Shown: positions 37,212-51,300 of the stretch, piece by piece
How the letters are laid out: each line of letters opens with the position of its first letter
How positions within the stretch are numbered: the first letter of the stretch is position 1
Origin: Lingula anatina
Taxonomy: Eukaryota > Animalia > Brachiopoda
Reading direction: 5' to 3'
NCBI GenBank assembly: GCA_051362555.1
Contig: CM120643.1
Span: 3,534,001-3,598,000, forward strand
DNA length: 64,000 nt
Notes under the pieces: model-generated
What the model was told of the DNA's origin: nothing
Databases searched by the model: none
The model's input: the letters and a program-made list of their open reading frames with translations, nothing else
Made by a program: the position numbers and the translations under genes

Positions 37212-38333
37212 AATACTCTCAATATTACACGTATAAAAGTTAATTAAAACGGGCTCATTATCTGTAAAAGTTGCAAGTGATCTAGAAAGCCGTTGTCGTC
37301 TAAAGCAATACTTCACTTTTAATGTGAAGTCCTAGAAGTTTGAACTATATATCTATTGTATATAAACATGAACATAATTGAATATTAATGCAAAACTGAA
37401 GTTGTCAGTAATTGAGCCGTGAAATGTCCATATAATTTAGCGTGATCTGTGAAGCACCTCATTCCCGTGGCTCGTAAATGCGGCTTTTTATTCTTTGTCC
37501 TTCGTGAAACAAAGCCTTATACCCGGCAATTCGTTACCCGCTACTAGGGCCGCAGTTATTATTGTCGACTTTTTTGCTGACTGAGAGCCAAAATGACTGT
37601 CTATATTTATCTAGAGACATATCTGTGAATATCTGTGGAAAATCTATCTGTTGCCCTGGTAGAGGGTAGAAATTCTCAGGATTTGCAGGATTCAATTCTC
37701 AGATAATTTTCAGGATTTTCAACTGGTATTGTCAGTGTTATATGCATAAAGTTTTGTTTCCTGTGATTTGTAAATTAATGATTTTCTTTCCCATGAACTA
37801 TGATCACCCCTCCCTAATGGTACCCTCAATTAAGAAAAGAAAGAAAAACAAAACTCATTTGATTACAAAAAATTAATATATTATCATAAAATTAAGAGAA
37901 TGACATTTTGCAGTTTTTAACTGGCTTCTTCAGAGGCAATGATAGTTCTGCACTGACGACCCTGAAAAATAAAAGATGAAAATATTACAATGTAATTCAG
38001 TTAAAATGTGTATTCATTTAGGTGTAATTGGATGTTGACAGTAACTCTACAACAACCAGCTCCTGGCTGCTATTATATAATTACTGCTTTCATGTACAGT
38101 TTTACCAGCTGTTTGACATAATTTTCCTCTAAAAAAACTGAAAGCTTACTTAGTTATGATACCATCAAAACAAAGAGACAAACAAAAAGAACTTCTCTGT
38201 AAATGTATAATTAATGTATTCTTTTAAAAATACTGTTGACTTTTCTTCATTTCTTAATGTCTGAAGAGTTAAGAATTTAATTAATAATAATAACAACAAC
38301 AACAACAACAAAAACAATAATAATAATAACCAT

Positions 38334-38629
38334 TTATGTCCTTGGCCTGCGTCTGAAGCAAGACGTGAACAGATTCAATAGCCTCCTCCACCTAGATTGG
38401 CGGCGATTCTTTGGAGCTGAAATGTATAATACAATATTCCTTACTAAGAATATATAAGAATATAATGTTCAATAAATAGTCAATGCAATATCATATTTCG
38501 TGTATGAAGCTCAAATGAACACTTTTACCAGTATTTGGAATAAACAAAATTGCCAAGTATCATTTTAAACTTGCCAAAAGCACAAACTGTGTTGGCACAA
38601 CATAAGGAGAGAGAGAGAGAGAGAGAGAG

Positions 38630-38660
<31 letters not shown>

Positions 38661-39399
38661 ACATGCACAATCACATTCCATCAGTGTAATAAATAGACCC
38701 CTATTCTATTGACCCTACTGTCTTACCTCTCTCCTTCACATCCACTGTCACAGGTTTTGTGTCTTTGATATTGACTGAAGAAAGACAGGAAAACAAATGA
38801 AACATTTCATACCTGTGCACAACAAGAATTCAATACATTACTTTACAAAGACATCGATTCATTCAAAGATTTAGATCACTGAACAGAGAATTTAAACTCA
38901 GTGTTTGTGCATGAAAGTCTCCCCCCTAAAGTCCATCTGTGTGTGTTTACATTTTTAAGTGTGTTAAATGAATTCCCATTAAATTGTCCTAAGCTTATTG
39001 CCTTACCTTTTTCTTTGATGCCCTCAGCATCTGACACACTCTTTGTGTCTTTGATATTGGCTAAAGAAAAAATGATATCAAATAAAAACTAAACATTCCA
39101 TATCTGTGCATGTTCAAATAGGATTCAGTATTACAATTTATGGAAGACACATTCAAATCTTTAAATGACTTAAAAATAAATCATCTTCTTAAGTATGCTA
39201 AAGACTTTGCTTGAGCAGCATGCTTGTGGTGTGTATGTGCATACGTATGTGTGTTTGTTAGTGTATGTGTGTGTGCATGCATGTTTCATAAGTATATTAA
39301 AAGTCATAACTATTTTACTGAGATTCCTGTCTTACCTATCTCCTCAATACTTAGGGTCTTTACAAGTGTTACATTGTTTTTGTCTTTCAGTTTGGTATC

Positions 39400-39439
<40 letters not shown>

Positions 39440-42148
39440 ATGAACATGCACTATTACATGTCATCAATGTAATAAATAGATCCCTATTCTATTGACCCTG
39501 CTGTCTTACCTCTCTCCTTCACGTCCTCTGTCACAGTAATTGTTGTGTCTTTGACATCAACTGAAGGAAAAAAAGAACACAAATTCAACATTCCATGCCC
39601 ATGCACAACAAGGATTCAATACCATAGTCAAAGATGTATTCAAGGATTTAGATCACTGAACAGGGAATAAAAACACAATGTTTGTAAGGGCTGGATCTCG
39701 TGAGATTTTCTGACAGTCTTGCAAATTATGTTTGTTGATCCATCCTCCATTGTGGACTGTCTTCTGACAAAAAAATTAAATCCCCATCAATGTAAACTTC
39801 TAACCATCTTGCAGAAGACCCAGAAGATGGCCTCAATTTGCCCCTGTTTGTGTCTGAGAGCCTGTTTGTGTGTGTATAATTTTTTAAGTGTGTTAAATAA
39901 ACACCTGTTAAATTGACCTTACTGTCTTACCTCTCTTCTCGCTGCCCTCAGCATCTGACACACTCTTTGAGTCTTTGAAATCCACTAAAGAAAAAATGAT
40001 ATTTTAATAATATTTTAATATTTAAAAATACAAACTTAACATTCCATATCTGTGCATGTTCAAAAAGGATTCTGTAGGCCCATTACACTTTGATGAAGAC
40101 ACATTCAATGATTTAACTGACTTGAAAATAAATAAATAATCTTCATAAGTATGCTAAAAAATGCTTGCAGTGTGTATGTACATGTGTATGTGTGTTTGTT
40201 AGTGTATGTGTGTGTGCAAGTGTATAAAAATTCATTATTATTTTACTAAGATTCCAGCCTTACCTAGTTCCTCAATGCTTAGGGTCTTAACAATTGCTAC
40301 ATTATTCTCTTCTTTGGTATCACTTGAAAGAACAGAATTGAATTTTAAGTAATACCATTTATGTATGTTGGAGTATGTTGGAGACAAAGAGAAGCGTGTT
40401 AGTCTGTTAATCTGATTGTATTCAGTGAGAGTTTCCATGGAGTTAGTGCACATTAGCTAGGTCTCCAAATTCATTGCCAACAGCCCCTGAGGATCCAGAC
40501 TTGCACCCTGAGAGTCAGGGTGTTGTTGTAATTTTATTTCATGAATCCTTCCTAAAAGATAAAAAATGCATCAAGTTGATTGAATAGAGCAATGGTGTGG
40601 ACTTACCACTTGTGTGGACTTCAGGCTTGTACATGTAGTCCCACTCTGGAATAAGATGAGACATTTATTTATTATTTACAAGTTATGATATACACTAAAA
40701 TAAAGTCTTAAATGTATTTGACAATATTAAAGGACCATTTCATCATTTTTCTACAGTTTTTTATGGGATAGTGAGATTTCCAAATGTTGTACATGACAGA
40801 TTTAAAAGGTTACGAGAATTATGAGTTCAAGCACCTTTTATTTCCATGTCCAGTTCTTCCCAAGTACAGGTCACTTCCATGCTGTCCTTAGTGGTCACCT
40901 GGAGGCACCTGTTCCTAAAGGGTTCAGGCTCCCATGTCCAGCCAGACCCACGGTGGTAAGGCTGAATAAATTTAAAGAATGAATGAATGAATGAATGAAT
41001 GAATAAATGAACGAATGAACAAACAAACAAACAAATAAATTACTTGATGATATGTTAATGTCTAAAATGAAAAGTAAAATGTTAATATATACAATAAATG
41101 ATAGATCAAATACACCAGAAGAAATGAATGAAGGTATGAATAAATAAATACTTAAACGTATAGGATTTTAATTTTTCTTTTCAATTTGAAAGATTATCAT
41201 TTTTACCTCAGATCATTATTTTTGTAAAAAAAAAAAAAGTTTCATACTTACATTTGTGGCTTAATGAATTTCCATACCATATTTGAGCCCTTGGGCAGGA
41301 GAAACTCTGCCCTGAGAGATGGGACTCCCATATCAGTGAACCTTGACAGGTTCACTCCTCACTGGGGGTCCCATCCCCCGAGGGCAGTTCCCCTGCTCAC
41401 CACTTTTGCTTTCAATAAATTGTGTTTTAAAACAATTCTGACTGTGGCCATGGCTGCTAAAAATAAAAAGAAGAAATAAAATAAAACAGAAAGAAATCCT
41501 ATCAATATATCTTTTTGATATTTACACTACAGACATTCAAATTGATCACTGGGATAATAACTGTTCGTCTTGGCCAAAAAATGAATTTTCCTGAAGTAAA
41601 CAAATTTCCCATACTTACCAATGGTTAATGAATCCATTTTTACATTCAAAGTTAGTCCCTGTTTTTTTTCCTAAAAAGTTTTTTTTTGTTATAATTTCAT
41701 ATTACAGAGTAAAGCCATCTATGGAGTTCACGTGGTCCGCTGACAAGCTCAGATATCAGAATAATAGCTATAGCTGCTGTTTTTGAGGTAAAACGGATTA
41801 TATTATATTATATTATATTATATTATATTATATTATATTATAATTTATTATATTATATACGAGTTGTTCACAATGTATTTATTGTAAAATATAGATCTCA
41901 TACAAAGAGTTAATTATTATCCCTTTAATTAATGTGAATAAAGAAAGATATATATCTATCTTATTTTCATATTATGAGCAAATAAAATGTTTTTTTTATT
42001 ATTTTAAGTAACAAAAAAATAATTGCAAGAGTAGTTTTAGGCCCATATTGTATTATAAAACACATACAGTCTGATTATACAAACACACACACAACTCACG
42101 AGCACACTGTTCTTCTTTATTAATTTCAATTCCCATATCTGCTGTCAT
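38334..42148 (-). pseudogene. CBM20 micro-exon gene, copy B (nonsense codon plus frameshift in the CBM20 exon)
   Basis: Exons: 42148-42100; 41456-41252 (in-frame TGA at 41359-41361 and a 1-nt loss at the exon end); 40961-40835 (…TWEELDMEIK, phase 1). Micro-exons at 40323-40264 (acceptor altered), 39984-39931, 39560-39510, 39401-39336, 39060-39007 and 38774-38727. Last exon 38416-38334 (APKNRRQSRWRRLLNLFTSCFRRRPRT*). Confidence 0.82.
41551..41923. mobile_element. ~370-bp TIR element with (TATTA)n microsatellite, copy B only
   Basis: Ends gggataataa / ttattatccc. Copy A reads gatcacttaattaatg with no insert at ~19778. Confidence 0.7.
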
Positions 42149-42199
42149 CTGCAATATGTACAATAAATAAATGAAATCATGTTAAACAAGATACAAATC

Positions 42200-45100
42200 A
42201 TGGAGTTCTGTATCTTAATTTGGTAGTTTGTGATGTATGCATTTGTACCATTATCAGAATGATCAGCAAAACGTGTGACATGAATTTTTTAAGAATAAAA
42301 ATCAACCACATAAAAAATCATGAACAGGTAAAAAGGCGCTGTGTGGGCTTACATTGAACTTGCTACAGAATTTCAGTATTGAATAAAAAATAAAACTCAC
42401 CAGCGACTGTGTAGACATTGTCTCTTTGCTTTGTTTACTAAAACAATAAACAGGAATAATTATTGTATAAAAGAATTTCATTGGACGGTTCCTGTATTGT
42501 TTCCTTAACTTTAAACCAATCAGATTGACACTTCCTTGAAGCTCTCGACCTTGAGTCTTTCTACTAAATATCGCAATATATATCACCCTGGTCATATCTA
42601 TTGCGGTTCCAGAACTCTCTCCCTCCTCGCACGAGTTTCTTAGAAAGCAGGCGGTGAACCTGTTGCTGATACTGGCCGCAGTCCTTTACAAATCCTAAGT
42701 CTCACCTCTTGCATAGCGCCATCTATACTAAACAATTTTTATATGGCGTAGACTAGGCAAGGGGTGACGCTGAAAAGTCGGAATTTTCATCAAACGTTCT
42801 GCACACTGAGTTTCACCATACATCAGGACACTTTTCTTAGATGGTTTTGTTATAGATTCTATTGACAAACTTAATCGGTGAATTCAGGATGAGACATCTA
42901 AAGTGACGGACACATATGGTATCGGCTGTGTCAGTTGTTCACTGTTCACATCACGATGCAATGTGCTGGTGAAGATTTTACAAAATGCTTCAGAATGTTG
43001 ACGCTGCAGATTAAAACGCTCTTGGAGATCTAGCAAGATTGCACGCAGTCATCTAGTTCAGTTTTGTCATTTCCTTTTCATCTGCAATTACCCAATGCCT
43101 TATGAAGGTGAGGAAATAAAATGAAGAACTAACGTTATTCCTTCTTATATAATTTTTAAGTGGGCCTTTTTTTGTTTCTTTTGAGTCATCAGTCGAAATA
43201 GTAATATATATGAACTTAACTATGAATAACTAAAACTTCCCATGGCGTGTCCACTTACGTGAACTAGCACTACCATCCTGAGTTTCAGAAAGCACCATAA
43301 ACCCACCTCTTTAATATCACTACTGGTACAGTGTATGCTTGAGCGTTGACTTACAACAACACTTTTTTTGGAAAATTTATTTTTATAAAGTATTTCTTTG
43401 CAGTTTATTTGATACTTGGACATAATAAGAGAAGGACATGAAACGCTGAGCAAGATCAAAGGATAATCAGCTTTAAGAGAGCTCTTTGCAAAACCATGTG
43501 CATTCGGATCACATGACCTCCTGTACAGGAAGCGAGCATATTGCAGTTGTCAATGACCTTTTGTGTCATTGGGGCAGGTAGTTGGCGATAACTTGAGTCA
43601 ATCCTTCGGGTGGATAAAGACAATAAACTTAAAGAGATTTACTTAAAAGTATAAATACAATTTGTTCTGTCAATTTGGAAGCTGTGTGAGAATTTGATAT
43701 GTTTGTTCATGAAGGAATTCAAAATGCCCTTTGTGGTAAAGGCAATCTTGTTTTGAGCTATCAAAACAGCTTATCTGAGACAATGGGCAAATGTTTACCC
43801 GAACGCACATAGCTTCAAAGGAAGATGCCGCGTTTCACGTCCTTTCCTTTTTATGTCCAAGTTTGATGTAAGTCTAATATTCTGGATCTTGAGGAAAAAC
43901 CCTGGTCATTGACTATTTTTTCTTTTCCAGTTCATCATCTGACTCCACACTACACTGTACTACACTGTACTATGAGGCACAGGACTATACTGCCACAATG
44001 GAACACAATGACTCCAGACTACTACACTGTACTAGGAAGCAGAGGACTATACTGCCACAATGGAACACAATGACTCCAGACTACTACACTGTACTAGGAA
44101 GCAGAGGACTATACTGCCACAATGGAACACAATGACTCCAGACTACTACACTGTACTAGGAGGCACAGGACTATACTGCCACAATAGAACACAATGACTG
44201 CAGACTACTACACCGTACTAGGAGGCATAGGACTATAATGCCACAATGGAACACAATGACTCCAGACTACTACACTGAACTAGGAGGAACAGGACTATAT
44301 TAAAATAAAAATAATAAAACACAATGACCGCAGGCATATTTTCAAGATGGTCAGATAACAATATGAGTTTCATAAATCTTCATAAGTAGATCCCATTGTC
44401 TTCTGGATCTTTACATATTTCAGTGAATTTTTGAATCTGTAATGCTGCTTAATCACAGCCTTTCAGCAAGTTTTTCATCTTGTTCAATGTAATGCCTGAT
44501 ATTTAGGTGAATTTGTGCTGCTAATGATGTAAGAATTTTGATGTAAATTACCCAGGTATTTTAATGCTTTGTCAAAGAAAGTGAAGGAACAGTTTTAAGA
44601 CACTTGAAAATAAAGTAGATTGTTTTAAAGATGTATTTTTTATTCTCTTCCTGTGGATCACACATGTCCTCCATATATGTTTGTATGTGGTAATATTGTT
44701 GCTGTATCAACTTAACTTGGAGATGTTACCACAGCAATGACTGTAGTAATGACAGTAATGAGGAAGGGTGTAGTAAGTATTGCTTAGAATGAAGATGGAT
44801 ATCAAAGAAATGGGTTGTCAAGTAGTGGGTAACGACCTTACTGAAGCTGTAAATATTGTCAATTTAGTAAACTCGGGGAATTTAGAGATGAGTAATGGGT
44901 GCATTTGACCAGAAAATATCAACTTCTTTGTTTGACAACATGATATAAAATTATGTTCCAGCTTTAAAGTACAGATATTGGTCCATTTCTAAAACTGTTG
45001 CAAAGCTGATTCATATACTGCTATTGAAAAAGTTGTATGTAGTCACCTGTTATCAATTCCAGCATTCCCAACTTGTCCACATAGGGTGCCATTCACTCTC

Positions 45101-45250
45101 AGCAGGTTGGCTGTCATGGATCACATTTGGCATTGATAGCAAGAAGAAGTCTTGTATGTACAGTATAGGTAATTTGCAATCTCCTACACAAACAAACTCA
45201 AATCATTACATTTGCTGTTTTCTTTGAGAGTAAATAGTACATTGCAATAT
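42200..45250 (-). pseudogene. Decayed coding-like region of unidentified family
   Basis: It lacks the homopolymer and microsatellite texture of the neighbouring introns. Minus-strand frames give protein-like stretches broken by stops and frameshifts (e.g. LRVNGTLCGQVGNAGIDNR*LHTTFSIAVYESALQQF). No motif is confidently recognised. Confidence 0.3.
43940..44300. repeat. 62-bp minisatellite, ~5.5 copies
   Basis: Unit tgactccagactactacactgtactaggaagcagaggactatactgccacaatggaacacaa, with starts at 44009 and 44071 (62 bp apart). Confidence 0.95.
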
Positions 45251-45319
45251 TGAAATATTTCTTTTCAAATTGATTAATTCTCTCTTTTCTGATTATCAAT
45301 TTCCAATAAACTTGACACT

Positions 45320-48300
45320 TAAAAAAAGACAGACAACTGATCAGCTTATCACAGATTTTCATTGTTGTTAATCGTCATTTGTACAGATTTCAGAAACATT
45401 GGACAAGATTTTTTCAAAATTATTAAAGTTTAACTGTTTTGAGTCATGGGATTTGCCAGTGATTTAGGCACAAACAGCTGATCAGCTTATCATAGATTTT
45501 TATTGTTGTTAAACATCAGTTGAACAGATTTCAGAAACAAAGGACAGGGTTTGTTAAAGTTATTAATATTTAACTAATATTTAACTGGAATTTGTCAGTG
45601 TTTTCAGTGTAATTTTCAGCTTTCTCAAATCTTGCAAAATTATTAACATTTAACTATTTTAAGCCATGGAATTTGGCAGTGTTTTCAGTGTAATTTTCAG
45701 TTTTTTCAAAGATATTGTTGCAAGAAAATACTTTTAATTAGACACAGTCAAGAGATGATCTTATCACAGGTTTCTATTGTTGTTCAGCATCATTTGTACA
45801 AATTTCGGAAATATTGGACAACATTTGACAAAGTTATTAACGTTTAACTATTTTAATTTCCTGTGTTTTGCCAGTCTTCTCAATGTAAATTTCAGTTGTC
45901 CCAAATTTGTTGTCTTAAAAATCACTTTTCATTAGATACAGTCAACTGAGCATCTTATCACAGATTTCTATTGTTGTTAAGCATCATTTGTACAAATTTC
46001 AGAAATATTGGACAAGATTTGACAAAATTATTATCGATTAACTATTTTAAGTCATTGCATTTGCCAGTCTTTTCAATGTAATTTTCAGTTTTTTCAGTTA
46101 TATTGTTCTTTTTCCAGAGTACCCTTACCATGAAAAAGCAGACAGTGAAAGACAGCACCAAGAGCAGCATTTTGTCTTATCCATGTGTACAATACATGAT
46201 ATGTGGCAAGATTTAGGACATTGTCAAATGTTGTGATAACAGCAACCTATTCCAGAAACCCATTGTAAGGAGTAATCTGCATCTGTCATTGATAGTAAGG
46301 AGAAGTCTTGTATGGGTATATATTGTTTTCCAGATAACAGTTATAGGTAATTTGCAACCTCTTACACACACAACCTCAAGTCATCACATTTGCTATTTTA
46401 TTTTATATTCACATTGCAAAATTATAAACATTTAACTATTTTAAGCCATGGAATTTGGCATTGTTTTCAGTGTAATTTTCAGTTTTTTCAAAGATATTGT
46501 CGCAAGAAGATACTTTTTATTAGACACAGTCATTTGATCAGCTTATCACAGATTTTTATTGTTGTAAAGCATCATTTGTATAATTTTCAGAAACACTGTA
46601 CAAGATTTGACAAAATTATTAACGTTTAACCATTTTAAGTCATGGAATTGCCAGTCTTTTCAATGTAAATTTCAGTTTTCCCAAATCCGTTGTCCCAAAA
46701 AACACTTTTCACTAGATGCAGTCAACAGATCATCTAATCACAGATTTTTATTGTTGTTAAGCATCATTAGTACAAATTTCAGAAACACTGTACAAGATTT
46801 GACAAAATTATTAACGTTTAACCATTTTAAGTCATGGGATTTGCCAGTCTTTTCAATGTAAATTTCAGTTTTCCCCAAATACGTTGTCCCAGAAAACACT
46901 TTTCATTAGATACAGTCAACAGATCATCTAATCACAGATTTTTATTGTTGTTAAGCATCATTTGTACAAATTTCAGAAACACTGTACAAGATTTGACAAA
47001 ATTTTTAACGTTTAACTATTTTCAGTCGTGGGATTTGTCAGTCTTTTCAATGTAAATTTCAGTTTCCCCAAATATATTGTCTCTAAAAGACACTTTTCAA
47101 TAGACACAGTCAACTGATCAGCTTATCACAGATTTTTATTGTTGTTAAGCATCATTTGTAAAAATTTCAGAAATATTGGACAAGATTTGACAAAATTATT
47201 AACGTTTAACTATTTTAAGTCGTGGAATTTGGCAGTGTTTTTAGAGTAATTTTCAGTTTTCTCAAATATGTCATCTGAAGAAAATACTTTTCAATAGATA
47301 AAGGCAACTAATCAACTTATCACAGATTTTTATTGTTGTTAAGCATCATTTGTACAAATTTCAGAAATATTGGACTAGATTTGACAAAATTATTATCGTT
47401 TAACTATTTTAAGTCATGAGATTTGCCAGTCTTTTCAATGATATTTTCAGTTTTTTCAGTTATATTGTTCTTTTTCCAGAGTACCCTTACCATGGAAAAG
47501 CAGGTAGTGAAAGACAGCACCAAGAGCAGCACTATGTCTTATCCATGTGTACAATACATGATATGTGGCAAGATTTAGGACATTGTCAAATATTGTGATA
47601 ACAACAACCCATTCCAGAAACCCATTGTAAGGAGTAATCTGCTTCTGGCATTGATAGTAAGGAGAAGTCTTGTATGGGTATATATTGTTTTCCAGATAAC
47701 AGTTATGGGTAATTTGCAACCTCTTACACAAACAACCTCAAATCATCACATTTTCAATTTAATTTATAATCACATTGCAAAATTATAAACATTTAACTAT
47801 TTTAAGCCATGGAATTTGCCATTGTTTTCAGTGTAATTTACAATTTTTTCAAAGATATTGTCCCAAAAAACACTTTTCATTAGACACAGTCATATGATCA
47901 GCTTATCACAGATTTTTATTGTTGTTAAGCATCATTTGTATAATTTTCAGAAACACTGGACGAGATTTGACAAAATTATTAATGTTTAACTATTTTAAGT
48001 CCTGGAATTTGCCAGTCTTTTCAATGTAAATTTCAGTTTTCCAAAATACTTTGTCCCAAAAAACACTTTTCATTAGATATGGTCAACAGATCATCTTATC
48101 ACAGATTTTTAATGTTGTTAACCAGCATTTGTACAAATTTCAGAAACACTGTACAAGATTTGACAAAATTATTAACGTTTAACTATTTTAAGTCGTGGGA
48201 TTTGTCAGTCTTTTCAATGTAAATTTCAGTTTCTCTAAATATATTGTCTCTAAAAGACACTTTTCATTAAACACAGTCATCTGATCAGCTTATCACAGAT

Positions 48301-51300
48301 TTTTATTGTTGTTAAGCATCATTTGTACAAATTTCAGAAATATTGGACTAGATTTGACAAAATTATTATCGTTTAACTATTTTAAGTCATGAGATTTGCC
48401 AGTCTTTTCAATGAAATTTTCAGTTTTTTCAGTTATATTGTTCTTTTTCCAGAGTACCCTTACCATGAAAAGGCAGGCAGTGAAAGACAGCATCAAGAGC
48501 AGCAATATGTCTTATCCATGTGTACAATACATGATATGTAACAAGATTTAGGACATTGTCAAATATTGTGATAACAACAACCCATTCCAGAAACCCATTG
48601 TAAGGAGTAATCTGCATCTGGCATTGATAGTAAGGAGAAGTCTTGTATGGGTATATATTGTTTTCCAGATAACAGTTATAGGTAATTTGCAACCTCTTAC
48701 ACACACAACCTCAAGTCATCACATTTGCTATTTTATTTTATATTCACATTGCAAAATTATAAACATTTAACTATTTTAAGCCATGGAATTTGGCATTGTT
48801 TTCAGTGTAATTTTCAGTTTTTTCAAAGATATTGTCGCAAGAAGATACTTTTTATTAGACACAGTCATTTGATCAGCTTATCACAGATTTTTATTGTTGT
48901 AAAGCATCATTTGTATAATTTTCAGAAACACTGTACAAGATTTGACAAAATTATTAACGTTTAACCATTTTAAGTCATGGAATTGCCAGTCTTTTCAATG
49001 TAAATTTCAGTTTTCCCAAATCCGTTGTCCCAAAAAACACTTTTCACTAGATGCAGTCAACAGATCATCTAATCACAGATTTTTATTGTTGTTAAGCATC
49101 ATTAGTACAAATTTCAGAAACACTGTACAAGATTTGACAAAATTATTAACGTTTAACCATTTTAAGTCATGGGATTTGTCAGTCTTTTCAATGTAAATTT
49201 CAGTTTCCCCAAATATATTGTCTCTAAAAGACACTTTTCAATAGACACAGTCAACTGATCAGCTTATCACAGATTTTTATTGTTGTTAAGCATCATTTGT
49301 AAAAATTTCAGAAATATTGGACAAGATTTGACAAAATTATTAACGTTTAACTATTTTAAGTCGTGGAATTTGGCAGTGTTTTTAGAGTAATTTTCAGTTT
49401 TCTCAAATATGTCATCTGAAGAAAATACTTTTCAATAGATAAAGGCAACTAATCAACTTATCACAGATTTTTATTGTTGTTAAGCATCATTTGTACAAAT
49501 TTCAGAAATATTGGACTAGATTTGACAAAATTATTATCGTTTAACTATTTTAAGTCATGAGATTTGCCAGTCTTTTCAATGATATTTTCAGTTTTTTCAG
49601 TTATATTGTTCTTTTTCCAGAGTACCCTTACCATGGAAAAGCAGGTAGTGAAAGACAGCACCAAGAGCAGCACTATGTCTTATCCATGTGTACAATACAT
49701 GATATGTGGCAAGATTTAGGACATTGTCAAATATTGTGATAACAACAACCCATTCCAGAAACCCATTGTAAGGAGTAATCTGCTTCTGGCATTGATAGTA
49801 AGGAGAAGTCTTGTATGGGTATATATTGTTTTCCAGATAACAGTTATGGGTAATTTGCAACCTCTTACACAAACAACCTCAAATCATCACATTTTCAATT
49901 TAATTTATAATCACATTGCAAAATTATAAACATTTAACTATTTTAAGCCATGGAATTTGCCATTGTTTTCAGTGTAATTTACAATTTTTTCAAAGATATT
50001 GTCCCAAAAAACACTTTTCATTAGACACAGTCATATGATCAGCTTATCACAGATTTTTATTGTTGTTAAGCATCATTTGTATAATTTTCAGAAACACTGG
50101 ACGAGATTTGACAAAATTATTAATGTTTAACTATTTTAAGTCCTGGAATTTGCCAGTCTTTTCAATGTAAATTTCAGTTTTCCAAAATACTTTGTCCCAA
50201 AAAACACTTTTCATTAGATATGGTCAACAGATCATCTTATCACAGATTTTTAATGTTGTTAACCAGCATTTGTACAAATTTCAGAAACACTGTACAAGAT
50301 TTGACAAAATTATTAACGTTTAACTATTTTAAGTCGTGGGATTTGTCAGTCTTTTCAATGTAAATTTCAGTTTCTCTAAATATATTGTCTCTAAAAGACA
50401 CTTTTCATTAAACACAGTCATCTGATCAGCTTATCACAGATTTTTATTGTTGTTAAGCATCATTTGTACAAATTTCAGAAATATTGGACTAGATTTGACA
50501 AAATTATTATCGTTTAACTATTTTAAGTCATGAGATTTGCCAGTCTTTTCAATGAAATTTTCAGTTTTTTCAGTTATATTGTTCTTTTTCCAGAGTACCC
50601 TTACCATGAAAAGGCAGGCAGTGAAAGACAGCATCAAGAGCAGCAATATGTCTTATCCATGTGTACAATACATGATATGTAACAAGATTTAGGACATTGT
50701 CAAATATTGTGATAACAACAACCCATTCCAGAAACCCATTGTAAGGAGTAATCTGCATCTGGCATTGATAGTAAGGAGAAGTCTTGTATGGGTATATATT
50801 GTTTTCCAGATAATAGTTATAGGTAATTTGCAACCTCTTACACACACAACCTCAAGTCATCACATTTGCTACTTTATTTTATATTCACATTGCAAAATTA
50901 TTAACATTTAACTATTTTAAGCCATGGAATTTGGCAGTGTTTTCAGTGTAATTTTCAGTTTTTTCAAAGATATTGTCGCAAGAAGATACTTTTTATTAGA
51001 CACAGTCATTTGATCAGCTTATCACAGATTTTTATTGTTGTAAAGCATCATTTGTATAATTTTCAGAAACACTGTACAAGATTTGACAAAATTATTAACG
51101 TTTAACCATTTTAAGTCATGGAATTGCCAGTCTTTTCAATGTAAATTTCAGTTTTCCCAAATCCGTTGTCCCAAAAAACACTTTTCACTAGATGCAGTCA
51201 ACAGATAATCTAATCACAGATTTTTATTGTTGTTAAGCATCATTAGTACAAATTTCAGAAACACTGTACAAGATTTGACAAAATTATTAACGTTTCACCA

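Larger units (their letters stand above)
24102..42157. repeat. Segmental tandem duplication, copy B
   Basis: Colinear diverged paralogue of 1-20005. It lacks ~9230-12570 of copy A and has its own insertions. Similarity stops abruptly at ~42157. Confidence 0.97.
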
